A stretch of 63,022 nt of DNA, the filler included, from Stramenopiles sp. TOSAG23-6 (taxonomy: Eukaryota): the NCBI GenBank assembly GCA_900128565.1. It is 6 parts of 6 records of this genome, joined end to end, with 100 filler letters (N's around TTAATTAATTAA, not from the genome) between each part and the next. Parts side by side here need not be neighbours in the genome. Positions count along the whole stretch, not along the records: positions 52,644 to 63,022 come from LT636316.1; 5 more parts are not named here. The stretch is one strand, 5' to 3'. Position 1 is the stretch's first letter, and every line of letters starts with the position of its first letter. Below are positions 62,135 through 63,022 of this stretch, piece after piece. The notes beneath the pieces are model-generated. The model saw nothing but the letters and a program-made list of their open reading frames with translations, did not search any database and had not been told where the DNA came from. The position numbers and the translations under genes were made by a program.

Positions 62135-63022
62135 TTTGAGACAACGCGATAGTAATAGCGTACTTTCTATGAATACCAGTCTTACTATTATAAATAGTTA
62201 GTAAGCGTAAAACGTACTAGCTACTGAGTTCCTGGCTCAGGTGAAATAGGTAATAGCAGAGAGATATTCGAGCTGTTTTTGAGCAGTTTTGTGTCCCGAT
62301 GGCTCAATTTGCTCAACCTTTTAAAAAAATCTCTTAGGTACAAAATTACGTACGAAAAACAAAAAAATAGGAATTTTTTTTTTTGAAATAGCCGAAATAG
62401 CCACCTCAAGTATACATAGAATGACTTCTTTTTTTTTGTCATGAACTTCATACACTTAGACCAAGTCATCACTGAGCATTTAAATAGCCTCAAAGTATAC
62501 TTTCGATGACCATAATGCATTCTCGCGAGACTTTTATTCCTCGGGTTATCCTGTTTTTTTTTCCGTAGATAATTTTGTACCTAACACTTTTTTTGAAATA
62601 TTTTCCTCGGATTAAAATCAAAAAAATCAAAAAAATAAACGTTTTATTGAATTTTCATTAGTTTTACTTTACCATTGGGAGGGTCAGGGTCACATTTTTA
62701 TTTACAAGCTCTCCGCAGGAGTCCGGCTGAAGGGCATTCATCACATACTGTAATATGCCCATTTTTATTATAAAGAACAACAATAGAAACTACAATATTC
62801 TAATGAAACATAACTTCTCAACAATAACTATACATAAATATAATGAAACATAACTTCTCAACAATAACTATAAATAAATATATATATACAACAATACAAT
62901 TCTGGCGGACCTCATTGTTTATTATTAAGATTAAATAAACTCAATCCTAAGAGAATTACTCTCCTACTTTTTTTTCTTTTTCCCAATTTTTTCTTTCATA
63001 TATATAAATAAATATACTTTAC

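Overview
This window is not one locus. It is six unrelated ~10.4 kb contigs from an AT-rich eukaryote, joined by 100-nt N/TTAATTAATTAA linkers. Gene content suggests a stramenopile-like protist, but that is inference. Recognisable genes: gamma-tubulin complex protein 2, proteasome alpha-5, Kae1/OSGEP, a Nup214-like FG nucleoporin, an SRRM1-like PWI protein, an Oxa1-family insertase, AcpS, and calcyphosin-like, DnaJ, ankyrin, LRR, EGF-like, DUF4116 and BEACH-like proteins. Main discovery: nearly every intron belongs to one repeated family of 85-180 nt introner-like elements that end in AT rather than AG. I count 28 complete copies (a few tentative) against one canonical GT-AG intron. Most copies have a U2-style donor (GTATGT/GTACGT; ATACGT/ATATGT in three), a conserved hairpin GTACGAAATTTTGTAC abutting a CCTAAC branch-point motif, and an ...AATACAT acceptor. 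They are always sense-oriented, often skip available AGs, and prefer AT|G insertion sites. Removing them restores conserved motifs, most clearly in Kae1 (six introns). Contig 1 is a 10.4 kb fold-back palindrome centred on this element's hairpin and is probably an artefact. All splicing calls come from reading frames and protein motifs only; there is no RNA evidence.
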